NCBI GenBank assembly: GCA_000025185.1
Contig: CP001848.1
Location: 1,050,001 to 1,082,000 of the forward strand
Direction: 5' to 3'
DNA from: Pirellula staleyi DSM 6068
GTDB taxonomy: Bacteria > Planctomycetota > Planctomycetia > Pirellulales > Pirellulaceae
DNA: 32,000 nt
Positions 24,952 to 32,000 of the stretch are shown here, one piece after another. The notes under the pieces were generated by a model. The model made no database searches. It was not told the DNA's origin and saw only the letters and a list, made by a program, of their open reading frames with translations. Both the position numbers and the translations under genes were made by a program. Positions within the stretch are counted from its first letter, which is position 1. Each line of letters opens with the position of its first letter.

Positions 24952-25131
24952 TGCCAGATCTCCAGTTCCAAGCCAGCGTCGCGGGGGTGGCTTTATTCTC
25001 GCCCGCAACCCACTGCCATGACAAGATTTAAGTAGTTGGCATTATTCTTAGGAAGCTGACCAGTCCTGGCCCCACAGACGTCCGTAAACCCCTATAGGAC
25101 TTCGCCAAGCATTTCTTCTTTACCGGATGAC

Positions 25132-25166
25132 TTGTCCAGCTTATCGACAGCGATATACAATATAAT
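25132..25166 (+). promoter_or_regulatory. Candidate sigma70-like promoter for putA
   Basis: TTGTCC (25132-25137), a 16-nt spacer, then TATACA (25154-25159), with a perfect TATAAT at 25161-25166. Lies in the AT-richer divergent spacer ~115 nt upstream of the putA ATG. Planctomycetal promoter rules are poorly known. Confidence 0.25.
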
Positions 25167-25279
25167 GGATTGTCAGTGCGGTTCACCGGAATTAATGCGC
25201 GGGTGCCGTTCGAGCGACGCACTCCCGGCCACGTTGATTCCGCCCGAGCTGATCCGGTCACGCTGATCCGAGGTTTCCT

Positions 25280-28200
25280 ATGATTACAGTCCCCTCCACC
25301 ACGCTTGCCACGAGTTCCGCCAGCGCGAGCCAATCGGCTATCGACGCCTTGGTGGGTCCGTTGGCTGCGCTCGATGTCTCGGCCGACACGCTCGCCACCA
25401 TCGAAGCCCGCACCCAGGCGATCGGTCGCGAACTGTTTGCGGGGCTCGGTGATGTGCGCCCCAAGTTCTGGCAGCGGCGCTGGTGGGACGAAAAACTGAT
25501 GTCGTGGTCGATGAGCGACGAGCAGCTGAAGGTGCAGCTGTTCCGTTTTGTCGACGTGCTGCCGATGCTCACAACAGCCGACTCGGTGACGACCCATCTG
25601 GCCGAGTACCTCGAGCCGGTGCAAGATCGCTTGCCGCAAGCAGCGCGTGTGGCGCTCGGCATGGCGCGGCGGATGCCACCCCTGCGAGCTGCGGTGGCGA
25701 AAGCAGCGCGACTGTCGGCGATGGATTTTGCCCGCCGCTTCATTGCGGGGGAAACAGCCGAGCAAGTGCTCCGGACCGCCGAGCAAGAGCGGACGCTGGG
25801 TCGCAGCTTCACGCTCGACATTCTTGGCGAAGCAGTGACGAGTGAAGTCGAAGCCAATCGCTATTTCGAGGCCTACCTAAAATTGCTCGGCGATACCTCG
25901 AAGGTCGCAGCCGCTTGGGAGGCCCATCCGCGCGTCGACAACGATGATCGCGGCCCGACGCCGCGCGTTAACTTGTCGGTGAAACTCTCGGCGCTCGATT
26001 GTCGGTTTGATCCGATCGATCCCGAAGGGACGTTTCGCCGCGCAGGAGATAAGCTCCGGACCATCTTTCACGAAGCGCGACGACTCGGGGCGTTCATCAA
26101 CGTCGACATGGAGTCGTATGCCAAGAAGGATTTGACGCTCGATATCTTTCAGCGGCTGCTGATGGAGCCCGAACTGCGCGACTGGACCGACTGCGGCATC
26201 GTGCTGCAATGCTACTTGCGTGATACGCCGCGCGATGTGGTCGAGCTTCGCAACTGGGCCGCCCAGCGTGGTACACCCGTGTGGGTGCGACTCGTCAAAG
26301 GTGCTTACTGGGACTACGAAACGCTGCACGCCCGCGCGAATCATTGGCCGATTCCGGTCTACCAAGAGAAGTGGCAAAGCGACGCCGTGTATGAGTCGGT
26401 TACTCGTTTTGTCCTACAAAATCGCCAGTTTTTGCGTCCCGCGCTCGGCAGTCACAACCTCCGCTCGATTGCGCATGGCATTGCCGCCACCGAAGTGCTG
26501 GGGATCGATCCGGCGGGACTCGAAATGCAAATGCTCTATGGCATGGCCGATGCCGAGAAGCAAGCGCTCGTCGACCGAGGTCATCGCCTGCGGATCTACA
26601 TGCCTTACGGCGAACTGATTCCCGGGATGGCCTACCTCGTGCGTCGGTTGCTCGAGAATACCGCGAACACTTCGTTCTTACGCGCGGGGTTCATCGAGCA
26701 TAAGCCAATCGAATCGCTGCTGGCGCGCCCCACCTCTCACTTGAAACTAGTCGGCGCATCCGCCGCCAGCACTAGCCCCGATAAGGAAAAGCGACCGATG
26801 AGTGCCACCTTTGCCAATCAACCACCAGTCGACTTTGCCGACAGTCATCAGCGGGCGGCCATGCTCGATGCCTTGACGAGTGTGCGCGAGAAACTGGGGC
26901 GCCACTTTCCTTTGGTGATTGGTGGCCGGAAGCTCGACACCCAGGAGCGGATCACTTCGACCGATCCGTCGCTGCGAACACGAATCGTGGGGACCACGGC
27001 GAGCGCTTCGGCCGAGCAAGCGCGGGAAGCTGTCGCAGCTGCCGTGCAGGCGATGGATGCCTGGCATACGAGCGGCGCCGAGTCGCGCGCGAAAGTACTG
27101 CGGAAAGCGGCCGAGATCATGCGCTCGCGGCTGATGGAGCTCTCGGCGATCGAGGTCTACGAGTGTGGTAAAACGTGGCGCGAAGCGACCGCCGATGTCG
27201 ACGAAGCGATCGATTTTCTCGAGTTCTACGCCACCGGCGCGATCAAGCTGCAGCGAACTCGCGGCGCTGATGTTCCCGGCGAAGAGAACCGTTTCGAGTA
27301 CTTACCGCGCGGCGTCACCGCAGTGATTGCGCCGTGGAATTTTCCGCTCGCCATTTTGTGCGGCATGACGAGCGCCGCCATCGCGGTTGGCAACACCGTG
27401 GTGATGAAACCGGCCGAGCAGTCGAGCATCATTGCCGGCGTGTTCATGGAAATTCTCGAGCAGGCGGGGCTTCCCGCAGGTGTCGTGAACTTCCTTCCCG
27501 GACTGGGCGAAGTGGCTGGTGCAGCGCTCGTCGAGCATCCTGATGTGGCGGCGATCATCTTCACCGGCTCGCGCGAAGTGGGACTCGCCATCAACGCCCG
27601 CGCTGCGGAAACCTCGCGCAAGTCGCGCGTTGGTGTGAAGCGCGTGATCGCCGAGATGGGTGGCAAAAATGCCATCATCGTCGACAGCGATGCCGATCTC
27701 GACGAAGCGGTTGCGGGGATCGTCCATTCGGCCTTCGGTTTTCAAGGGCAAAAGTGTTCAGCTTGCAGCCGGGCGATTGTCCTCTCGAGTGTCTACGATC
27801 AGCTCCTCGCGCGGCTCGTCGAAGCGACCCGTTCCCTGCCGATTGGTCCGTCGGAAGAACCGTCGACCGCGATTGGTCCAGTGATCGACGATGAATCGCG
27901 CGAGCGGATCGAGCGCTATATCGAAATCGGTAAGACCGAAGGGCGCACGCTGCTGGCCACCGACGTGAGCCAGCTTGTTGAGCGTGGCGCGTTTGTGGGT
28001 CCTCATATTTTTGCCGATGTGAGCCCTCAAGCTCGCATCGCGCAGGAAGAAATCTTTGGCCCTGTGCTCGCTGTGATTCGCGCTGCCGATCTTTCGGAGG
28101 CGATTCAAATTGCCAACAGCACCGACTACGCCCTGACCGGCGGCATCTTCTCGCGGAGCCCGCATTCACTCGAGCGCGCCCGTCGCGAAATGCAAGTGGG

Positions 28201-28378
28201 AAATCTCTATCTCAATCGGGCCATCACCGGCGCGATGGTGGGACGCCAGCCGTTTGGCGGCTACAAGATGTCGGGCATTGGAAGTAAAGCAGGAGGTGAA
28301 GAATATCTGCTGCAGCTCGTCGTGCCGCGCACCGTCACCGAGCACACCGTACGTCGCGGTTTTGCTCCTCCCGAGTGA
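25280..28378 (+). CDS. putA: Bifunctional proline dehydrogenase / L-glutamate gamma-semialdehyde (P5C) dehydrogenase, no DNA-binding domain
   Basis: 1032 aa. GAGG upstream of the ATG. PRODH barrel region (VDMESYAKKD, LVKGAYWDYE, GSHN, MLYGMAD, YMPYGE...AYLVRRLLENTANTSF). ALDH domain (VIAPWNFPLAI, EMGGKNAIIVD, FGFQGQKCSACSR catalytic Cys, EEIFGPVL). Confidence 0.95.
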   Translation: MITVPSTTLATSSASASQSAIDALVGPLAALDVSADTLATIEARTQAIGRELFAGLGDVRPKFWQRRWWDEKLMSWSMSDEQLKVQLFRFVDVLPMLTTADSVTTHLAEYLEPVQDRLPQAARVALGMARRMPPLRAAVAKAARLSAMDFARRFIAGETAEQVLRTAEQERTLGRSFTLDILGEAVTSEVEANRYFEAYLKLLGDTSKVAAAWEAHPRVDNDDRGPTPRVNLSVKLSALDCRFDPIDPEGTFRRAGDKLRTIFHEARRLGAFINVDMESYAKKDLTLDIFQRLLMEPELRDWTDCGIVLQCYLRDTPRDVVELRNWAAQRGTPVWVRLVKGAYWDYETLHARANHWPIPVYQEKWQSDAVYESVTRFVLQNRQFLRPALGSHNLRSIAHGIAATEVLGIDPAGLEMQMLYGMADAEKQALVDRGHRLRIYMPYGELIPGMAYLVRRLLENTANTSFLRAGFIEHKPIESLLARPTSHLKLVGASAASTSPDKEKRPMSATFANQPPVDFADSHQRAAMLDALTSVREKLGRHFPLVIGGRKLDTQERITSTDPSLRTRIVGTTASASAEQAREAVAAAVQAMDAWHTSGAESRAKVLRKAAEIMRSRLMELSAIEVYECGKTWREATADVDEAIDFLEFYATGAIKLQRTRGADVPGEENRFEYLPRGVTAVIAPWNFPLAILCGMTSAAIAVGNTVVMKPAEQSSIIAGVFMEILEQAGLPAGVVNFLPGLGEVAGAALVEHPDVAAIIFTGSREVGLAINARAAETSRKSRVGVKRVIAEMGGKNAIIVDSDADLDEAVAGIVHSAFGFQGQKCSACSRAIVLSSVYDQLLARLVEATRSLPIGPSEEPSTAIGPVIDDESRERIERYIEIGKTEGRTLLATDVSQLVERGAFVGPHIFADVSPQARIAQEEIFGPVLAVIRAADLSEAIQIANSTDYALTGGIFSRSPHSLERARREMQVGNLYLNRAITGAMVGRQPFGGYKMSGIGSKAGGEEYLLQLVVPRTVTEHTVRRGFAPPE

Positions 28379-28633
28379 GCTGCGCGCTGTCGTGTCGAGC
28401 ATGCGCTATCGCGCGAGTTTCGAACGACGAGCACTTCTCACGGGGCCGAGCCCCGTGGCACACTCGCTTGCAACCTGCTCATTGCCGCCTGACATCGATC
28501 GTCAGACAGAATACTAGCGCCCGTGTATTAGTACTTCGTCTCTCGGTAAGTGTCATCCTCATCTGCGATTCTCACTGCTGGGCCAGCCAGCAGTGCCACC
28601 CATGTTGCATGACATTGATCGGTCGACGGCCTA

Positions 28634-28933
28634 CTAGCGCCAGTCGCGAATTCCGTCGCGGAGCAGTTCCTCCAGTAGCGTGGGTCGAAAGCGGCGCGAG
28701 CCTCGGCGACGCTCGGGAGCCATTGCCGCCAGCGCGAGGATCGCGATCAGGGTCGCCACCATGCCGACTCCCCAAATCACAGCGCGATAGCGCCCGAGTA
28801 ACGTTTGGCTACGCGGGCAATCTTGCTCGGCGCGCTGCTCGAGTCGCTCTTGCCACGTCGCCCAGTGGAGCATCACGTAGAACAGCACTGCACCGATCGC
28901 GACCATGCAGGAAAGTAAGATCAACCGCGCCAC
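28634..28933 (-). CDS. Small two-TM membrane protein, unknown function
   Basis: 99 aa with GTG start. Two hydrophobic helices (LILLSCMVAIGAVLFYVML; AVIWGVGMVATLIAILALAAM) and an Arg-rich tail. GC3 is high in this frame. The competing antisense ORF looks like off-frame junk. Confidence 0.5.
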   Translation of the reverse strand: MARLILLSCMVAIGAVLFYVMLHWATWQERLEQRAEQDCPRSQTLLGRYRAVIWGVGMVATLIAILALAAMAPERRRGSRRFRPTLLEELLRDGIRDWR

Positions 28934-28986
28934 TCCTGGTTCTGTTATTGCTCGCTGTTATTGATCCGGCAGCAGCACCGAGCGCG

Positions 28987-29361
28987 CTAATCGCAGCTCG
29001 ATCCGCCGCAGCCACCACTATCAAAACTCCCACCATCAAAGCTGCTGCCACCATCGTAACCGCCGCTGTCGTAGCTGCCACTGTCGTGATTGCCACCGTC
29101 GTAGCTGTGGTCGCTACTGGTCGCATCGCTCGAGTCGTGATGACTCGTATCCAACCAGCCGGGAACAAGGTGGTGATGCTCTGGCGAAGCGTCGCGGCGA
29201 TCGTCGTCCCCCCACCAGATGCCCGGCCCAGGATGATGACCAGTCGGTGGCAGATAGGTCGAATCGTCGTACGATCGGGGCCGCGATTTCGAGCCCTGGA
29301 CGAGTTGCCACAAGAGCGCAGCCGCGCCGAAGCACAAGCCAATCAACAGCAGAGTGAACAT
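28987..29361 (-). CDS. Small N-terminally anchored protein with His/Asp-rich middle and [YF]D[SG]GG-repeat, Cys-containing C-terminal tail
   Basis: The ATG at 29361 is preceded by AAGGAGA 6-8 nt upstream. 124 aa: MFTLLLIGLCFGAAALLWQLV anchor, His clusters (GHHPG, EHHHL, SHHD), repeats YDGG/YDSGG/YDGG/FDGG/FDSGG, ending in GGCGGSSCD. The longer ORF to 29706 overlaps the propeller gene and is rejected. Confidence 0.55.
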   Translation of the reverse strand: MFTLLLIGLCFGAAALLWQLVQGSKSRPRSYDDSTYLPPTGHHPGPGIWWGDDDRRDASPEHHHLVPGWLDTSHHDSSDATSSDHSYDGGNHDSGSYDSGGYDGGSSFDGGSFDSGGCGGSSCD

Positions 29362-29491
29362 GCATCCGTCTCCTTCCGATAAGGAAAAAAGCTGTCGCCG
29401 TCGGGGTTTCACCGTCCACGCGTCGCTGGAGACTCTCCACCTGTAGATTCGCCGCCGCACGACGAATCTTAAGCCCGGTTCTGCTTGGCCG

Positions 29492-30973
29492 CTACTTTCG
29501 CTCGTAACTCGTTTTAGGCGCAGCAGTTCGCGAATCGCTTGCCGGTCGCAGTTCGAAGCAAACGAGCTCTTTTTCATTACGAACAAGCAGACAGCCGCGT
29601 GCCACGGCAGGCTGACTGTAGCAAGGGGATGCGAAGATCGGCTGTTCGGTTGCCGCGATCGGAATCGCACGCTGCGCGTCGAGCTTGAGCGACACCAAAT
29701 GCCCATGCTCCCCGAGCGCGATCAGCTTCCCGTCGGCGGCAACCACCTGACCACGATCGAGCGCGCTAGTGTGCTTCCAGCGAAGTTTGCCGGTCGCCAG
29801 ATCGACCGAGCGGAGTGTCGCACCCCCTTGCTGCGAACTCGAAAAACCGATCACGCAGCCGTCGTGCAGCACCAGGCTGTTGAACTGACTATCGAGCACG
29901 CGACGATCGTGCCACACTTCGCGCGGCGGCGTGAAGAAAGGAGGCTCGGCCATGCTCGTCGCGCTCGGCTGTTGAGGCGGCTCGCTCGCAAAGTCGAGCA
30001 CCACGGCGCCGGGACCGGGACCACTCACCAGCAGCACACGTGAGCCAAAGATTTGCGGCGTGACGGCATTGAACGTGTCGACCGCGCGGCTGTGAAACGG
30101 ATACTCGTGCAGCACCTGGCCATCGTCGCGCGCGAGCGTCACCAGCCCCTCTTCCGTGAGCACGAGCACGAGCTGTCGGCCTTGCACATCGAGTCGCCGA
30201 GGAGTGGTGTAGGCCGCTCGATGATCGGTCGCGCTCCAGCGCGTCGCGCCGGTATCGCGATCGAGCGCAATCACTCCACTCCCCTCCCCGCCACAGCCGA
30301 GAATCAGCAGATCCTCGTCGACGAGCATCCCACTTCCAAAACCAAACAGCGACGGCTCGAGCTGATAGTCGTGCGCCAGATCGCGACTCCAAACGATCTG
30401 TCCGGTGCGGCGCTCGACGCAAAACAGCCGCGCTTGGGCGCTGACGGCATAGACCCACTCTCCGGCGATCACCGGCGTGCTGTAAGGGCCGTCGCTATAC
30501 TCGTACTTGCAACGATAAGTTGTCGGCCACGACGTGCGCCACTGCTCCTCGCCAGTCGCCAGATCGAGCGCGCGCAGAACTTCCTCGTCCCCTTCCCGCG
30601 CGAGCAGCACCACGTCGCAGCTTCCCTCCCCTGGGCTCGCCACCACCGGCGCGCTATAGCCTCGCCCCACCTTCACGCGCCAGCGCACCGGCGGACCATC
30701 TACGCCCCACGCGACATCGAGTCCCCGCGTCGGCGAGGTGCTGTCGAGCTGCGGCCCTAGCAGCTGCGGCCAGGCGTCGGGGATCGGCTCGGCGGGGGCT
30801 TCGTCCAGAGAAACTGTCGGCGCAGGCTCCTCGCTCGGCGGACCGACCGGGGCACACCCTGCCGTAACAAACCACCACGTGGCGACCAACAGTAGACAGC
30901 CGACCCTGGCAAGGCCAGGCGGCCACCAAGGAGCTAGATCGGCACAGAGGTGGCGGGTGAGATGCGGGGACAT
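29492..30973 (-). CDS. PQQ-like (BamB-like) beta-propeller repeat protein, possible lipoprotein
   Basis: The ORF is open to a GTG at 30991; the ATG at 30973 (MSPHL...) is preferred. Hydrophobic N-terminus ends in VTAGC, which is lipobox-like but not canonical. Repeated propeller blade signatures follow (GEEQWRT, GQIVWSR, GATRWSA, GKLRWKH, each followed by beta strands). Confidence 0.8.
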   Translation of the reverse strand: MSPHLTRHLCADLAPWWPPGLARVGCLLLVATWWFVTAGCAPVGPPSEEPAPTVSLDEAPAEPIPDAWPQLLGPQLDSTSPTRGLDVAWGVDGPPVRWRVKVGRGYSAPVVASPGEGSCDVVLLAREGDEEVLRALDLATGEEQWRTSWPTTYRCKYEYSDGPYSTPVIAGEWVYAVSAQARLFCVERRTGQIVWSRDLAHDYQLEPSLFGFGSGMLVDEDLLILGCGGEGSGVIALDRDTGATRWSATDHRAAYTTPRRLDVQGRQLVLVLTEEGLVTLARDDGQVLHEYPFHSRAVDTFNAVTPQIFGSRVLLVSGPGPGAVVLDFASEPPQQPSATSMAEPPFFTPPREVWHDRRVLDSQFNSLVLHDGCVIGFSSSQQGGATLRSVDLATGKLRWKHTSALDRGQVVAADGKLIALGEHGHLVSLKLDAQRAIPIAATEQPIFASPCYSQPAVARGCLLVRNEKELVCFELRPASDSRTAAPKTSYERK

Positions 30974-31223
30974 AGGGAAATCCTGACACACGCAGGTGAA
31001 GCCCTGATGAAGCCCCGCTTGACCAGCGCCGAATACTTATAGAGTTATCCAGCCACCGGCAGCCGACCTGCGGCGAGAAAACGTAGCAATCGACTTGCCG
31101 GCGCGATACATTAGTGCGTGCTGATTGGTCGCCCGCGATCAGTTTCACTCCCGCCCCACGTTCTAATTTCACAACCGTCCCGCAGCCCCATCCTAGGGAA
31201 CTCGCAGTCGATGTTCCCCAGGC

Positions 31224-31260
31224 TGATTACCGTTTGATTACCGTCTGAGCTGTCGCTCAG
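31224..31260 (+). promoter_or_regulatory. Tandem 11-bp direct repeat plus adjacent palindrome upstream of the glutathione peroxidase gene
   Basis: TGATTACCGTt (31224) is immediately repeated as TGATTACCGTc (31235). It is followed by CTGAGC-tgtc-GCTCAG (31245-31260), 41-77 nt upstream of the ATG at 31301. Candidate operator; regulator unknown. Confidence 0.3.
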
Positions 31261-31300
31261 CCACCACTTGTTTCAGCCCACACTCTCGCAGGAATTCGTC

Positions 31301-31882
31301 ATGAATCGATTGAGCACCCTTCTGTTGACCGGTATTGTCGCCGCTTGCATTTCAGCAAGTTTCGCCGACGCCGAGGAGAAAAACGTGAGCGATAACGGAG
31401 CCCTCGGCTTCACCGTGAAGAGCATTGCCGGCAAAGAGGTCGACCTCGCCAAGTACAAAGGCAAAGTACTGGTGGTGGTGAATGTCGCCAGCGCTTGCGG
31501 TTTGACACCGCAGTACGAAGAACTCCAAGCCCTCCACACCAAGTATGCCGACAAAGGTCTGGCAGTCCTCGGTTTCCCTTGCAATCAATTCGGTAAGCAA
31601 GAGCCCGGCAGCGATGCCGAGATCGCCGAATTCTGCAAATCGGAATACAACGTCTCGTTCGACATGTTCTCGAAGATCGATGTGAATGGCGAAACTGCCA
31701 ATCCCCTCTACAAGTACCTGACGAGCGCCGATTCGGCCCCTGCTGCCAAGGGAAAGATCAGCTGGAACTTCGAAAAGTTCATCATCGGCAAGGATGGCAA
31801 AGTTGCCGCCCGCTTCTCCCCCCGCACCGCCCCCGATGACGCCGAGTTCATCAAGGCCATCGAAGCCGAACTCGCAAAGTAG
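31301..31882 (+). CDS. gpx: Glutathione peroxidase family protein (Cys-type), secreted/periplasmic
   Basis: The ORF opens at a TTG at 31268. The ATG at 31301 gives the signal peptide MNRLSTLLLTGIVAACISASFADA. Motifs: VVNVASACGLTPQY (peroxidatic Cys encoded by TGC, not Sec), LGFPCNQFGKQEPG, WNFEKFI. Confidence 0.9.
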   Translation: MNRLSTLLLTGIVAACISASFADAEEKNVSDNGALGFTVKSIAGKEVDLAKYKGKVLVVVNVASACGLTPQYEELQALHTKYADKGLAVLGFPCNQFGKQEPGSDAEIAEFCKSEYNVSFDMFSKIDVNGETANPLYKYLTSADSAPAAKGKISWNFEKFIIGKDGKVAARFSPRTAPDDAEFIKAIEAELAK

Positions 31883-31917
31883 TCGACTCGCCGTAATTCA
31901 CCAGCGCTGAAAAATCG

Positions 31918-31963
31918 ATGGCCGGCGACGTATCCAAACTACGTCGACCGGCCATTGCTGTTT
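31918..31963 (+). terminator. Intrinsic-terminator-like hairpin after the glutathione peroxidase gene
   Basis: ATGGCCGGCGACGTA-tccaaac-TACGTCGaCCGGCCAT forms a 15-bp stem with one bulged A, followed by TGCTGTTT. Starts 36 nt after the stop. Confidence 0.6.
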
Positions 31964-32000
31964 GGGGCGATTCTAAAACACTCACTAACCAGTCTCTCTG

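Noticed and set aside
25028-25857. 252-aa and 199-aa minus-strand ORFs overlapping the putA 5' region and its promoter spacer.
   Set aside because: They are antisense to the clearly conserved PutA N-terminus and are Arg/Ser/Ala-rich junk.
28375-29382. 335-aa plus-strand ORF covering both small minus-strand genes.
   Set aside because: It starts inside the putA stop region. Its translation is Arg/Ala/Ser/Val low-complexity (AATTIKTPTIKAAATIVTAAVVAATVV), which mirrors the Gly/Ser/Asp repeats of the opposite strand. The minus-strand ORFs have TM helices, a good RBS and better GC3.
29362-29706. 115-codon upstream extension of the small Gly/Ser/Asp-rich protein ORF.
   Set aside because: It overlaps the 3' end of the propeller gene by more than 200 nt. 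The internal ATG at 29361 has an AAGGAGA Shine-Dalgarno sequence and begins exactly at the hydrophobic anchor.
1-32000. Scan for CRISPR arrays, IS elements or transposases, integrases, prophage genes, rRNA and tRNA.
   Set aside because: I found no regularly spaced direct repeats with unique spacers, no terminal inverted repeats flanking a transposase-like ORF, and no recombinase motifs or structured RNA genes. The window looks like core chromosome rather than a mobile island.

Overview
High-GC bacterial chromosomal window. The gene content suggests a Planctomycetota (Pirellulales-like) genome: a Tat-signal DUF1501 protein, a BBP7-type outer-membrane barrel, a WLGIPP..HYRLLG N-terminal module, long Pro/Ala-rich linkers and long intergenic spacers. 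This lineage call is inference. I support 19 CDSs. On the minus strand lies an operon of three HlyD-type adaptor paralogs (RRE-like + M50 site-2 protease + HlyD; HlyD with Pro/Ala tails; tandem GAF + HlyD), with a short SecA paralog directly upstream on the same strand. The remaining genes are a BBP7 barrel, a secreted alpha/beta hydrolase, DUF1501, sdhCAB (single cytochrome b558-type anchor), a TM-HEAT-DMP19-like protein, a 924-aa J-like/TM/Pro-rich protein, a GH55-like double beta-helix protein, putA, a PQQ-like beta-propeller followed by two small membrane proteins, and a Cys-type glutathione peroxidase. I saw no rRNA, tRNA, CRISPR array, transposase or integrase. The best candidate for an undescribed system is the adaptor triad at 316-6469. 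It has no pump or outer-membrane factor gene in view, and its only polytopic membrane module is an intact site-2 protease carrying a PqqD/RRE-like peptide-binding domain, paired with a cytoplasmic tandem-GAF sensor. Domain calls rest on motif recognition by eye, since no database search was possible. Several start codons are uncertain.
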